Source: an uncultured delta proteobacterium (GTDB lineage: Bacteria; Myxococcota; Myxococcia; Myxococcales; Myxococcaceae). From it: DNA of 64,000 nt. The position numbers and the translations under genes were made by a program. The stretch covers positions 544,001-608,000 of the forward strand of contig CAVQKE010000004.1 in the NCBI GenBank assembly GCA_963713045.1. Reading direction: 5' to 3'. Within the stretch, counting starts at the first letter, position 1; every line of letters starts with the position of its first letter. Below the pieces are notes generated by a model. The model saw only the letters and a list, made by a program, of their open reading frames with translations. It was not told the origin of the DNA and did no database searches. Shown piece after piece: positions 21,300 to 31,223 of this stretch.

Positions 21300-22265
21300 A
21301 TGCGCACTGTCGTGACCGGCTCCATCGCCTACGACTACCTGATGACCTTTCCAGGGCGCTTCCGAGAGCACCTGCTGCAAGACCGCATGCACCGGCTGAC
21401 GGTGAGCTTCCTGGTGGACGACATGCGGAAGCTCCGCGGTGGGGTGGCCGGCAACATCGCCTATTCCCTTGCCCTCCTCGGCGAGCGCCCGCTCCTCGTC
21501 GCCACCGCTGGGGAGGACTTTGCTGAATACCGGAGTGCCCTGGAGGCGACCGGCGTGGACACCGAGGGCGTCAAAGTCATCCCTGGCACCTTCACTGCTT
21601 CGTGCTTCATCAACACCGACCAGGACGCCAACCAGCTGGTCGCCTTTTATGCCGGTGCGCTGGCTCACGCCCAGCTCGCCTCGCTCGACCCCTTGCAGCT
21701 CGGCCCCGGTGACTGGGTGGTGGTCAGTCCGGCGGACCCCGGGGCGATGGAGGCGAGCGTCGCCGGCTGCCTTCGAGCCCACGTGCCCTACATCTTCGAC
21801 CCCGGCAAGCAGACGCCCCGACTGGAGGCGGAACAAATTGTCCGCGGGATGCAGACGGCATCCCTGGTTATCGGCAACGACTACGAATTCGGTTTGATGG
21901 CGCAGAAGACCGGCAAGAGTGAGGCGGCATTGCAGGCGTTGGCCCCGGTGACGGTGGTGACCCGCGGAGAGCTTGGGTCCACCATCCTGGTCCGCGGCCA
22001 GCCGCCCCTCGAGATTCCCACCGCTCCGATTCGCGCCCTGGTCGACCCAACCGGAGCCGGGGATGCCTACCTGGGCGGGCTGGCCTTCGCTGTGGCGCGG
22101 CACCTCCCGTGGCCAGTGGCCGGCCGGAGTGCGGCCCTCGCCGCGGCCTATGCCCTGGAGGAACGGGGGTGTCAGGAACACCACTACACGCGCTCCGACT
22201 TCCTTGCTCGCTACCGCTTGGCGTTTGGCGTGTCCGAGGAGTTGGAACGCGCGCTGGCTGCGTGA
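21300..22265 (+). CDS. PfkB-family kinase (bacterial adenosine/nucleoside kinase-like)
   Basis: VVTGSIAYD..FPGRF, GGVAGNIA, FDPG, NDYE, VDPTGAGDAY. Confidence 0.92.
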   Translation: MRTVVTGSIAYDYLMTFPGRFREHLLQDRMHRLTVSFLVDDMRKLRGGVAGNIAYSLALLGERPLLVATAGEDFAEYRSALEATGVDTEGVKVIPGTFTASCFINTDQDANQLVAFYAGALAHAQLASLDPLQLGPGDWVVVSPADPGAMEASVAGCLRAHVPYIFDPGKQTPRLEAEQIVRGMQTASLVIGNDYEFGLMAQKTGKSEAALQALAPVTVVTRGELGSTILVRGQPPLEIPTAPIRALVDPTGAGDAYLGGLAFAVARHLPWPVAGRSAALAAAYALEERGCQEHHYTRSDFLARYRLAFGVSEELERALAA

Positions 22266-22291
22266 GTCAACCTTGGCGGCTGAGGGCTGAC

Positions 22292-23806
22292 TTAGGGCCG
22301 CACCGGCGCGACGGTGAGGATGGCTTTCAAATCGTCATCCGTGAAGTGGATGCCTCCGCCAAGGAAGAAGTCACGCCCCGAGATGAGTCGGTTGTCGAGC
22401 GTGCTGCGGACCGGTGGATTGAAGACGTCGTTGATGCCGGCACTCACGAAGAGATGTTGAAATAACGTGACGTTGGCCGTCACGCGGACTTCGGGATAGC
22501 GGAGCGCCTGGTTGCCGAAGTTGAAGACATCCGTCTTGAGCGCCAGGACGTCGTTGAAGAAGTCGAGGTCGACCCCAACGCCCCCGCTGCTCTCGATGAT
22601 GCCAAAGCGAAAGGTAGCGAAGTAGTAGCGCTTCGCGAACTCGGCGTTGAACTTGAGGTTGTAGTTGGTGGTGGTGATTTTTTGGACCGCGGGCTGGTAG
22701 AGGCCCGGCGGGTTGGACTCCACGTAGGAGATGGAGGTGTCGCCCAGGGGGTCGTCGACCAACCCCAGCAGGTAGTACTTGTCCGGGCTTGGGATAATGC
22801 GCACGTCGACCTCGTTGCGCGAGGAGGCGGCGTTGAAGAGATAGACGCTGCTGAGCGACACCTCGGTCTGGATGCCCGTCAGCCGGTTCGCAAAGTCAGC
22901 GACGCCTTGCACCGCGTCGTTGACTTGCTGGCCTGTCTTCTCATCTTCAATCAGCTTGCCGACGGGGCCCTTGCCGTCCCGAATGTCCTGCGTCACCTGG
23001 GCAAGGTTTTCCAGGGTCTTGTCCAGTTTCTGCAGCGTCGACAGGACCTCACCCTTGTTGGTCTGGTTGGTTTGAAGGGCACCCTTCACGTCGGCCATCG
23101 ACGCCCGCAAGTCCTGGGAGATGTGACGGATGTTTTCGACAATCTCTCGAACGTTGCTCGACTCCCCTTGGGTGGAGGCACGGACGTCTCCGGAAATCTC
23201 TCGGATGTTCTGGAGGATGTCTCGAATGTTCGCTTGACTGCTGCGTGCGGTTTCCTCGACCTCGGTCGAAAGCTGCGTGAGGTTGCGCAAGATGGTCTGA
23301 AGCGACGCCTCCCCGGCGTCGGCGCCGAGCACATCGCGCAGCGAGTGGGTGACTGCCTGGATGTCTCCGGTAATCACCGACAGAGATTCGAACAACGTCT
23401 GAATCCCTTGGGCATCGATGACGTTCAGGATGGTGCCCCCATCTGGCATCAACGGAGCGTTGGCCGAACCAGGCTGGAGGTCGAGCAGAAAGTCTCCAAG
23501 GAACGACTCGCTTCGCTTGTAGATGGCCGCATCGGTGTGAAGCCCAAGGTCCTTGCGCACACGGATGGTCAGCCGGGCACGGTCTCCAATCAGCGTGATG
23601 TCCGTAATCTCGCCGACCGGAATCCCGGCCGTCTGGACACGGCTGCGCTTGCCAAGGCCAGAGGCGTCTCGAAAGTAAGCCACCACCGTCATCGTCTGGC
23701 CACCGGTGAAGGCCCCCCGTTGGAGAATAATCAGGAAGGCGACAAGACACGCCACCGAGAACAGGACGAAGAGTCCGACGCGAAACGGGGTGAAAACTCT
23801 GTTCAC
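22292..23806 (-). CDS. mlaD: Long MlaD/MCE protein
   Basis: N-terminal TM, MCE motif (FRDASGL..V..AGIPVG), long helical region, beta-rich C-terminus; directly downstream of mlaF/mlaE. Confidence 0.9.
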   Translation of the reverse strand: MNRVFTPFRVGLFVLFSVACLVAFLIILQRGAFTGGQTMTVVAYFRDASGLGKRSRVQTAGIPVGEITDITLIGDRARLTIRVRKDLGLHTDAAIYKRSESFLGDFLLDLQPGSANAPLMPDGGTILNVIDAQGIQTLFESLSVITGDIQAVTHSLRDVLGADAGEASLQTILRNLTQLSTEVEETARSSQANIRDILQNIREISGDVRASTQGESSNVREIVENIRHISQDLRASMADVKGALQTNQTNKGEVLSTLQKLDKTLENLAQVTQDIRDGKGPVGKLIEDEKTGQQVNDAVQGVADFANRLTGIQTEVSLSSVYLFNAASSRNEVDVRIIPSPDKYYLLGLVDDPLGDTSISYVESNPPGLYQPAVQKITTTNYNLKFNAEFAKRYYFATFRFGIIESSGGVGVDLDFFNDVLALKTDVFNFGNQALRYPEVRVTANVTLFQHLFVSAGINDVFNPPVRSTLDNRLISGRDFFLGGGIHFTDDDLKAILTVAPVRP

Positions 23807-23873
23807 AGGCCAAGGGCTCCCACGGCGAAGTGCCCCTGGCCGAACTTTAGCCGGGCCGGAGCGTCTCGGGGGG

Positions 23874-24626
23874 CTAGTTCTTGCCGAACCATGTCGAGAG
23901 AAACAGCTTCACCACCGGATGAGCGCTCGCGCGCAGCTCCGCCGGAGGCGCATGGGCGACGATTTTCCCCCCCGAAAGAAAAGCAATCTGGTCAGCCACC
24001 TTGAAGGACGATGCCACATCATGACTGATGACCAAGCTCGTGACACCGAGCTTCTGCTTCGCGGTAATAATCATCTCGTCGACGTAGTCGGTGGTGATGG
24101 GGTCCAGGCCGGTGGTGGGCTCGTCATAGAGGACAATTTTTGGGTCTCGGACGATGGCGCGGGCCAGCCCCACCCGCTTGCGCATACCACCAGAGAGTTC
24201 AGCCGGGTATTTCTCGGCCACGTCATGCAGTCCGACGATGGCCAGCTTCGCCTCGACGCGCTTGCGAATCTCCGATTCCGAGAGGTTCGAGTGTTCCCGC
24301 AGTGGGAAGGCCACGTTTTGGAAGACGGTCATCGAGTCGAAAAGGGCGGCCCCCTGAAACACCATCCCGAACTTCCGCCGAACGCGCTCCAGCTCCAAGT
24401 CGTCGAGTGGGACCACGTCCTCGCCATCAACAAACACTTGCCCTCGGTCGGGTTTGAGCAGGCCGATGATGTGCTTCATGAGCACGGTTTTCCCCGAGCC
24501 CGAACCTCCCAAGATGACGCAGGTGGTCCCCTCCTCGACGTCGAGGTTGACCCCGGAGAGGACCTGGTGGTCCCCGAAGGACTTGTACAGGTCCCGAACC
24601 GAAATCATCGGAGCTCGCTCGGCCAT
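23874..24626 (-). CDS. mlaF: ABC ATPase MlaF
   Basis: GGSGSGKT, FQGAALFDS, LSGGMRKRVGLARA, YDEPTTGLDP. Confidence 0.94.
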   Translation of the reverse strand: MAERAPMISVRDLYKSFGDHQVLSGVNLDVEEGTTCVILGGSGSGKTVLMKHIIGLLKPDRGQVFVDGEDVVPLDDLELERVRRKFGMVFQGAALFDSMTVFQNVAFPLREHSNLSESEIRKRVEAKLAIVGLHDVAEKYPAELSGGMRKRVGLARAIVRDPKIVLYDEPTTGLDPITTDYVDEMIITAKQKLGVTSLVISHDVASSFKVADQIAFLSGGKIVAHAPPAELRASAHPVVKLFLSTWFGKN

Positions 24627-25447
24627 CAGTGGAAGAGCAAACCAAGCAAGTAGTCCAAGACAAAGACCGACACGGCCGAGGTCACCATGGCCTGGGTCGT
24701 TGCCTGCCCCACGCCCTTCGCACCACCGCTGGCGTAGTAGCCGCGGTAGCAGGCGATGAGCATCACCACCAGCCCAAAGACGGCGGACTTCACCAGACCC
24801 TCGGTCACGTCATCCGGACCGACAATGTCCTGGGTGCGCAACAGGAAGGTGCCCACCGAGAGGCCCTTGATGAGCACGGCGACGGCAAAGCCACCAAAAA
24901 TGCCGGTGGTGTCGAAGAGCATCGCCAGCAGCGGTCCCATGAAGAGGCCGGCCAGCACCCGTGGGACCAGTAGGTACTGCACCGGGCTCACCGCCATCGT
25001 CTCCAGGGCGTCCACCTGCTCGGTGACACGCATGGTTCCCAGCTCAGTGCAGGTCGCCGACCCAGCGCGCATGGTAATCATCAGCGCCGAGAGCACCGGC
25101 GCCAACTCCCGAGTGATGGTGATGGCCACCGTCGGGCCCACCAGGCTCTCCGCCCCGAAGCGCTCGAAGGCGCTCCAGGATTGCGTGGCGAACACCATCC
25201 CGGTGAAGAGGCCAGTCAAAGCGACGATGAGCACCGAGCCAACGCCAACAAAGTCGAATTGGGCAAACAGATTTTCGGGGCGGTATGGCGGTCGAACCAT
25301 CCAGCGAGCGACGGACACCCCCAGAGCGACGACACCCACGAACGCCTGGACGCTGTCGAGGACGCGTTGGCCGACCCATTCGACGGCCGCGCTGAGCGCT
25401 CCGACGCGCCCTGGCGGCCTCTCCACGCCGTCGGTCATCGCTGCCAC
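24626..25447 (-). CDS. mlaE: ABC permease MlaE
   Basis: RELAPVL, ELGTMRVTEQVDALETM, GAKGVGQATT. Confidence 0.94.
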   Translation of the reverse strand: MAAMTDGVERPPGRVGALSAAVEWVGQRVLDSVQAFVGVVALGVSVARWMVRPPYRPENLFAQFDFVGVGSVLIVALTGLFTGMVFATQSWSAFERFGAESLVGPTVAITITRELAPVLSALMITMRAGSATCTELGTMRVTEQVDALETMAVSPVQYLLVPRVLAGLFMGPLLAMLFDTTGIFGGFAVAVLIKGLSVGTFLLRTQDIVGPDDVTEGLVKSAVFGLVVMLIACYRGYYASGGAKGVGQATTQAMVTSAVSVFVLDYLLGLLFH

Positions 25448-25453
25448 CCCATC

Positions 25454-26617
25454 CTAGGGCACCGGGTGGGAGCTGGCACCCGGACTGGGCGCCGCCACCC
25501 GAGGCACTCTGGCTCCGATTCCGCACAGCACCTCGTACGGCATGGTCTCCAGCCACTGGGCGACTTCGACCGCCCCCACCTCGGCCCCCGCTTGACGGCC
25601 GAGTAGCACCACTTCGTCGCCGACCGCTGCGCCGGGGACGTCAGTGACGTCCACCATGCACAGGTCCATGCACACCCGACCCACCACCGGGGCACGCTGG
25701 CCGCGGACCAGCACCTGACCTCGGTTGGAGAGTCGCCGTGGGTAGCCGTCGGCATAGCCTACCGGAAGTGTGGCAATGCGCGTGGTCCGGCGCGCCGTCC
25801 ACGTCCCGCCATAGGAGACCGCTGTTCCGGGGGGAACCGTCTTCAGGTGGACCACGGCCGTTTTCCAGCTGAGCACTGGCTCGAGAGCCCGCGGCGGTAC
25901 AATCCAAGGCGCTGGGGAGATGCCGTAGAGAGCGAGGCCAGGGCGGACCAGGTTGAGGGTCGTCCCATCCCGCGCCTCGGGCAAGGCCACCAACGCCGCG
26001 GAGTTGGCCAAATGCCGCCACCGTGGCCGAACGCCTGCGGTCTCCACCTCGCTCAGCACGGCCTGAAACTTCCGGAGTTGGTCCTCAGTCACGGCCGCAT
26101 CGGCCAGGTCGGCATTCGCGAAGTGCGACATCACCCCCTGTATGTCCACCTGCAGCGCCCTGGCCCGCACCAGCAACCCGGCCACCTCCTGGGGCTGGGC
26201 GCCGAGCCGCGCCATTCCGGTGTCCACCTTGAGGTGCGCCCGCGGCTTGGCACCCAGCCGTCGGGCGGCTTCCGCCAGCGCTTCAAGGTGGTCGACCCGA
26301 AAAACCGCCGGGCACAGACCGGCTGACACCATCGCCTCCCACCCCCCTTCATAGGCTCCGCCCAAGACGAGAATTTCCGTGGTCAAGCCGGCTCGCCGGA
26401 GTGCCAGCCCCTCCTCGATGAGCGCCACCCCCAACAGCTCGACGCCCTCGGCTTCCAGCGCGGGAGCGACGAGTGCGGCACCGTGGCCGTAGGCATCGGC
26501 TTTCACCATGGCCAGCACCGCGGCGCCGGCAGCGACGCTCCGCAGGGTCCGAAGGTTACGCACCAGTGCGGCCAGGTCCACCTCGGCGCGCGTCGGGCGA
26601 ATGCGGGGGAGCTCCAT
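25454..26617 (-). CDS. alr: Alanine racemase
   Basis: VKADAYGHG PLP lysine, HLKVDTGMARLG, SHFA, VRPG, GYADG, GRVCMD. Confidence 0.97.
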   Translation of the reverse strand: MELPRIRPTRAEVDLAALVRNLRTLRSVAAGAAVLAMVKADAYGHGAALVAPALEAEGVELLGVALIEEGLALRRAGLTTEILVLGGAYEGGWEAMVSAGLCPAVFRVDHLEALAEAARRLGAKPRAHLKVDTGMARLGAQPQEVAGLLVRARALQVDIQGVMSHFANADLADAAVTEDQLRKFQAVLSEVETAGVRPRWRHLANSAALVALPEARDGTTLNLVRPGLALYGISPAPWIVPPRALEPVLSWKTAVVHLKTVPPGTAVSYGGTWTARRTTRIATLPVGYADGYPRRLSNRGQVLVRGQRAPVVGRVCMDLCMVDVTDVPGAAVGDEVVLLGRQAGAEVGAVEVAQWLETMPYEVLCGIGARVPRVAAPSPGASSHPVP

Positions 26618-26766
26618 GCCATTGTCACCCGCGAGCGGGTGGCGGAGAGAAGCGCGTACCGTTCGACACAACACGAGTCAAGGTGTGGTTCCTGGAACAC
26701 GTATTGGTGCCATAGGATGACTCCTCTTCACGGAGCGGGCCATGGCCGGCTCGAGCGAGGTGTCGG

Positions 26767-27201
26767 GTGACGAGCCGAGTCGGTGGGGAGGTGGACGGCT
26801 TCTGCGGCAAGTGCAAGATGGTACTTGCCCACACGGTGCTGGCCATGGTGGGCGCCACCATTGCACGTGTGCGGTGCAATACCTGCGGCTCGGACCACGC
26901 CTTTCGCCGAACCTCCGGGACTTCTGCGTCGGCGAGGGGCCGCACCGCCGCGCGACCCACCCGAGAGGTGCTGGGCTTCGAGGCGCAACTGCAAGCCCGG
27001 GGGGTCGACACGGCGCGCGCCTACAGCCCGCGGGCGACATTCCAAGTGGACGAGCTCATTTCGCACCCGACGTTCGGACTTGGAATCGTCCGCGCCGTGC
27101 GGCGGGACAAGGTGGACGTCGCCTTCAAAGCCGCCGAGCGGACCCTCATCCACGGACGCCCCGTCGCAAGCGGGACAGAGAGCCAAACGACCGAGCATTG
27201 A
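26767..27201 (+). CDS. Zn-ribbon plus Tudor-like domain hypothetical protein
   Basis: CGKC...CNTC and C-terminal FQVDELISHPTFGLGIV..KVDVAF. Confidence 0.8.
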   Translation: MTSRVGGEVDGFCGKCKMVLAHTVLAMVGATIARVRCNTCGSDHAFRRTSGTSASARGRTAARPTREVLGFEAQLQARGVDTARAYSPRATFQVDELISHPTFGLGIVRAVRRDKVDVAFKAAERTLIHGRPVASGTESQTTEH

Positions 27202-27209
27202 GCGCCGGG

Positions 27210-28565
27210 ATGCACCGACTGCGTCTCGCCAGGCCCGGCCTCGCCTTGGGCTTGGCGGCGCTCCTTTCGCCCCTGGGGGCCGGGGCGGCCCCCCTGGTGG
27301 AGGCCGAGCCGTCCAGGGTGGTCCTCGGTGCGGGCACCCAGGTGCACATCACTGTCCGGGGCAGCGGTGGTCCGCTGCATGGTGTGGCCAGCGCGGGGAC
27401 ACTGTCCCCACTGGGCGAAGGCGGCGGCACGGCAAGCTTCCTCTGGACGCCTCCCGCGCCGCGAGCGCCCCTGGTTGCGGTGATGGCGTTTTGGGAGGGG
27501 AGTGCTCTCAGCCTCTCCGGCGTCACCACCCTCACCCTACCCTGCAGCGGTCGTACCGAACTCGCCATTGACACCGAACCCGGTGCCCGAGTCACAGTGG
27601 AAATCTCTGGGGCTCATTTTGGGCCGCGCAGGGCCGACGCTCGTGGAAAGTTGCGAATGCCGGTGGAAGTGCCGCCGATGGCACACGAGGCCCGCATCAC
27701 CGCCGAGGTGGGGGAGCAAGGGAAAGTCCGGGTGGTCCCTCTCGCAGTCGCGCCCAGCCCCTGGGTGTGGGCCGTCGACCCGCCGGTGCTCGCGGCCGGC
27801 ACCGAGGGCCGAGCCTTGCTGGTTGCGCCAGAGGAACTCGGCGCGGACCTGGTGGTGAAGGCCACGGGCGGCCAGCTGGAGCGCCAGGCGCAGGAGGCCA
27901 ACCGTGTCCTGTACCGAGTCACTGCCGCGCCCGAAGCCAAAGGCATGGTGCTGGAAGCGGCCCTCGCTGGGGAAGACACCCCGCGCGCCAGCGCGGTGCT
28001 TGAAATCTTGCCCCCGGCTCAACTGGCACCGGCGGCAACGCGGCCCCCAGAGGCCGGTGGCCGTCTGCTGGAGGTCGGAGCGGCGGCGGGTGTCTTCTTC
28101 GCGGGTGGCCACAACCTGGGGCCGGCATTCGCCGCCTCCTTTGCTCTCGCCCCCTGGCGCTTTCCCCTGTTCCTCGAAGTCGAGCTGGGCGTGCGAGCGG
28201 CTTGGTTCTCAAGCGTCGTTCCAGGGTTGGGCACCGCCTGGTCGACGCTGGTCGTATTCCCCATCGACGCAGCGGTCCGTGGCCCGGTCTGGAGCGGTGG
28301 GCGCTGGACTGTCGAGCTTCACGCCGGCGGCGGTCTGCTTCTGGGGACGAATTGGCTCACCTCGAATTTTGGCCAGGCTTCCGCCGAGGCGGTGGCTGGG
28401 TGGGAAGTCTACGGTGGAGCACAACTCAGCTACCGCGCCGGCCCCTTTTTTCCTTACGCCGAGGTCCGGGGTGCATACGCCGTCGTGACTGGGACGAATT
28501 TGACGGCAAACCCCGGCGGCCTGCTGGTCCTGCTGGGCTTTCATTGGCGAGCGCGGCTTCCGTGA
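27210..28565 (+). CDS. Exported protein with Ig-like domains and a probable C-terminal outer-membrane beta-barrel
   Basis: Signal peptide (GAGA-A), beta-rich middle, alternating aromatic/Gly strands in the last ~160 aa. Confidence 0.7.
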   Translation: MHRLRLARPGLALGLAALLSPLGAGAAPLVEAEPSRVVLGAGTQVHITVRGSGGPLHGVASAGTLSPLGEGGGTASFLWTPPAPRAPLVAVMAFWEGSALSLSGVTTLTLPCSGRTELAIDTEPGARVTVEISGAHFGPRRADARGKLRMPVEVPPMAHEARITAEVGEQGKVRVVPLAVAPSPWVWAVDPPVLAAGTEGRALLVAPEELGADLVVKATGGQLERQAQEANRVLYRVTAAPEAKGMVLEAALAGEDTPRASAVLEILPPAQLAPAATRPPEAGGRLLEVGAAAGVFFAGGHNLGPAFAASFALAPWRFPLFLEVELGVRAAWFSSVVPGLGTAWSTLVVFPIDAAVRGPVWSGGRWTVELHAGGGLLLGTNWLTSNFGQASAEAVAGWEVYGGAQLSYRAGPFFPYAEVRGAYAVVTGTNLTANPGGLLVLLGFHWRARLP

Positions 28566-29215
28566 TGGGACGCTGGGCGCTGCTTTGCGGCCTGCCGCTC
28601 CTCGGCTGTGGCAACCAGCCGCTGCCTCCCGTTTCCATCACGTCGGTCGTGCCGGGGACGATGGTGGCCTCCCAGCCCACCGCCGTCAGCGTGCAGGTGG
28701 TGGCCCAATTGGCCGTTCAAATCGATTACGGCCAGAGCGAACTGGATGTGAATACGCAAATCCAGGTGGAGATTGGCCCAGAGGCCGTCGGGTCTGGCAC
28801 CTACCCTCCTGGGGGCCTGGTGCAGGGGACACTGGCCACGGTGCTCGCTCCTGGCACCTACGATGCCAGCGTCAAAATGGGCGATGGCCGTACAGCGCTG
28901 AGCCCTGGGGCCTTGACGGTGACGCCTGGCACCTGGCCCCGCGCCTATGCCATTGACCCGGTGGGCGACCAAACGTCCGGCGTGCCCTTTTCGGCCACTC
29001 TCCGCGCCGTCGGCCCGGGGGCTTCCAGCTTCAACGGCAACGTGCTGTTGAGCCTCATCGGCGGTGGAACGCTGACTCCAGGAGTGTCCGGAGCGTTCTC
29101 CGCAGGCCTCTGTATCCAAACAATCGTCGTGACTGGAACGGGTGAAACCACGTTGGTCGTCAGCGACATCGCCGGGAGCACCGGTCAATCGCTTCCCTTC
29201 ACTGTTGGCCCATGA
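28565..29215 (+). CDS. Lipoprotein with Ig/IPT-like beta domains
   Basis: LLGC lipobox; ATG overlaps the upstream TGA; PVSITSVVP and SLPFTV motifs. Confidence 0.75.
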   Translation: MGRWALLCGLPLLGCGNQPLPPVSITSVVPGTMVASQPTAVSVQVVAQLAVQIDYGQSELDVNTQIQVEIGPEAVGSGTYPPGGLVQGTLATVLAPGTYDASVKMGDGRTALSPGALTVTPGTWPRAYAIDPVGDQTSGVPFSATLRAVGPGASSFNGNVLLSLIGGGTLTPGVSGAFSAGLCIQTIVVTGTGETTLVVSDIAGSTGQSLPFTVGP

Positions 29216-29898
29216 CGGCGGAGCACGTCCAGCGCGCGCCGCATGTCCTCCGGCAGAGGCGCCTGCACGTCTACCGAAGGAAGAATGCCGCTGCCCTGCA
29301 GCACCAGACGGGAGGCGTGAAGGGGGGTGCGCCCCAGCACCACCTCGTCAGTAGTCCCGCCTAAGGCAAGCTCGCTGAGCGCCTCCGGCCTGCCGTACTG
29401 AGGGTCCACCAAGAGGGGCGAACCGGCGGCTTGCAAGTGCAGGCGAATTTGGTGCGTCCGGCCGGTGAGCGGCTCCGCCTCCACCAGGCCTCCCCGGGCG
29501 TACGCTTCCAGCGGGCGAAGGCGCGTTTGCGCCACCTTCCCGGCTTCCCCCTCGCGGGTCAGGCGCATCCGCCCTCGTCTTGCTGGAGTCAGCGGCACCT
29601 CCACCAGCCGGGGCGCTTCCAGGGGCGGCGACACGAGAGCGAGGTACGTCTTTCGTACCTTTCCGGTCTGGAAGGCCCAATTGGCCGCCCGGTGGCAGTC
29701 GGCGTCGAGGGCAAAAAGCACCACGCCGCTTGTGTCCCGGTCGAGCCGGTGGATGACCCACACCGGCTGGCCGAGGCTGGTCTCAAGATGCGTGCGCAAG
29801 CAGGCGACTTCTCGCCGTCCGGGCACCACCAGCATTCCAGGTGGTTTGTTGACTGCCACCAGCCCCCCGTCCCGCCACAAGAGCGGGAGGTCCCTCAT
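29185..29898 (-). CDS. RluA-family pseudouridine synthase
   Basis: VNKPPG, HRLDRDTSG, KTYLA, TGRTHQIRLH, LHA. Confidence 0.94.
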   Translation of the reverse strand: MRDLPLLWRDGGLVAVNKPPGMLVVPGRREVACLRTHLETSLGQPVWVIHRLDRDTSGVVLFALDADCHRAANWAFQTGKVRKTYLALVSPPLEAPRLVEVPLTPARRGRMRLTREGEAGKVAQTRLRPLEAYARGGLVEAEPLTGRTHQIRLHLQAAGSPLLVDPQYGRPEALSELALGGTTDEVVLGRTPLHASRLVLQGSGILPSVDVQAPLPEDMRRALDVLRRHGPTVKGSD

Positions 29899-31223
29899 AG
29901 GAGGTCTCTGGCCGGGACCACCGTCACCTCGCCGAGTCCCTCGGCGGCACGTTGAAGTTCCTCGCCCGGTCCCACCAGCACCACCGCCGGAGGGCGTGGG
30001 AAGCAGAAGCGCGCGGCGGCGAGTGCCGCCTCGGCGCGGGTTACGGCGCGGATGCGCGAGCGGTAGCGGTCGACCCAGTCCCACCCCAAGGCGTACACCC
30101 ACAAGTCTGCGATGGTGCTCGCCACCGCCTCGTTGGTTTCGACACGGAGGGGGAACAGGCCGGCCAGGTATTCCTGAGCCTTTGCCACTTCCGACGCGGT
30201 TGGCCCACGCTTTTGCATCCGCTCCACCTCGCGCAGCGTGACGTCCAGCAGTGCGCGCGCCGTCTTCAGCTTGGTGAAAGAAGACACCGAAAAGCTACCT
30301 CCGGAGCGCATCGTCTCGAAGCTGGTGCCCACGCCGTAGGAGAGGCCCCGCTTGACGCGGACCTCACGCACCAAGCGAGAGGTGAAGCCTCCTCCCAGGG
30401 CCGCATTCATCACCTGCGCCGCAAAGGTCTCCGGCTCTCCGCGGCGGTAGGCGAGCCCGCCCAGGCGCACCTGGGCCTGCGTTTGGTCCGGGCGGTCCAC
30501 CACCACCACCTTTCCCTCGGATGCCGCTTGTGTCAGCCGCGGGGGCACTGCCGGTCCGTCTGGGCCGCCCGACCAGCCAGCGAAGGCGCGCTCCACCATC
30601 GGGCGGGCCGAAGCCTCCTCGACGGCGCCGACGAGAACCAGCTCCGAGACCCGCGGCCCAATCTGACCGTGGTGGAAGGCGACCACGTCCTCGCGCGTCA
30701 GCCGTTCCACAGAGGCACGGTTTCCCGCCACGTCGTGCCCATAGGGGTGGGTGCCCCAGATGGCGCGCTGAAGCGCGCGGTCTGCCAGCAGCCCTGGGTC
30801 GTCGAGGTCATTGGCGAACTGCGCCAGGGTGCGCTCGCGTTGGGTCTCAAACTCGTGCTTTGGGAAGGTGGGCTCTCGCACCATTTGCGCGAGGACGTCC
30901 AGCATTCCGGAAAGGTGCTCCGCCGGCGTGGTCACGGCCAAGGCGACGAAGTCCTCAGAAGCGAAGACGGCCAAGCTGCCGCCCACGAATTCCACCGCCT
31001 CGTTGAGTGCGTCGGCGTTCAGACGCGCGGTCCCTCGGCGCATGAGGCGGACGGTGAAGTCTGCCACGCCGAGGCGCTCCGGGGGGTCGGCGGATGCGCC
31101 CGACTGCACCAGCAGCCGGAGCGACACCAGCGGGACGCGGCCGCGCCGGGACACCTCCACCCGCAGCCCGTCGGCGGTGGTGAAGGTGGACCTCGGTGGC
31201 AGAATGCGCTCAGCACGCCTCAC
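29895..31223 (-). CDS. M16 peptidase, non-catalytic subunit
   Basis: M16 motifs without HxxEH (GVADFTVRLMRRGT), HPYG, LGGGFTSRL..VRVKRGLSY; GTG overlaps the partner's stop. Confidence 0.9.
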   Translation of the reverse strand: MRRAERILPPRSTFTTADGLRVEVSRRGRVPLVSLRLLVQSGASADPPERLGVADFTVRLMRRGTARLNADALNEAVEFVGGSLAVFASEDFVALAVTTPAEHLSGMLDVLAQMVREPTFPKHEFETQRERTLAQFANDLDDPGLLADRALQRAIWGTHPYGHDVAGNRASVERLTREDVVAFHHGQIGPRVSELVLVGAVEEASARPMVERAFAGWSGGPDGPAVPPRLTQAASEGKVVVVDRPDQTQAQVRLGGLAYRRGEPETFAAQVMNAALGGGFTSRLVREVRVKRGLSYGVGTSFETMRSGGSFSVSSFTKLKTARALLDVTLREVERMQKRGPTASEVAKAQEYLAGLFPLRVETNEAVASTIADLWVYALGWDWVDRYRSRIRAVTRAEAALAAARFCFPRPPAVVLVGPGEELQRAAEGLGEVTVVPARDLL

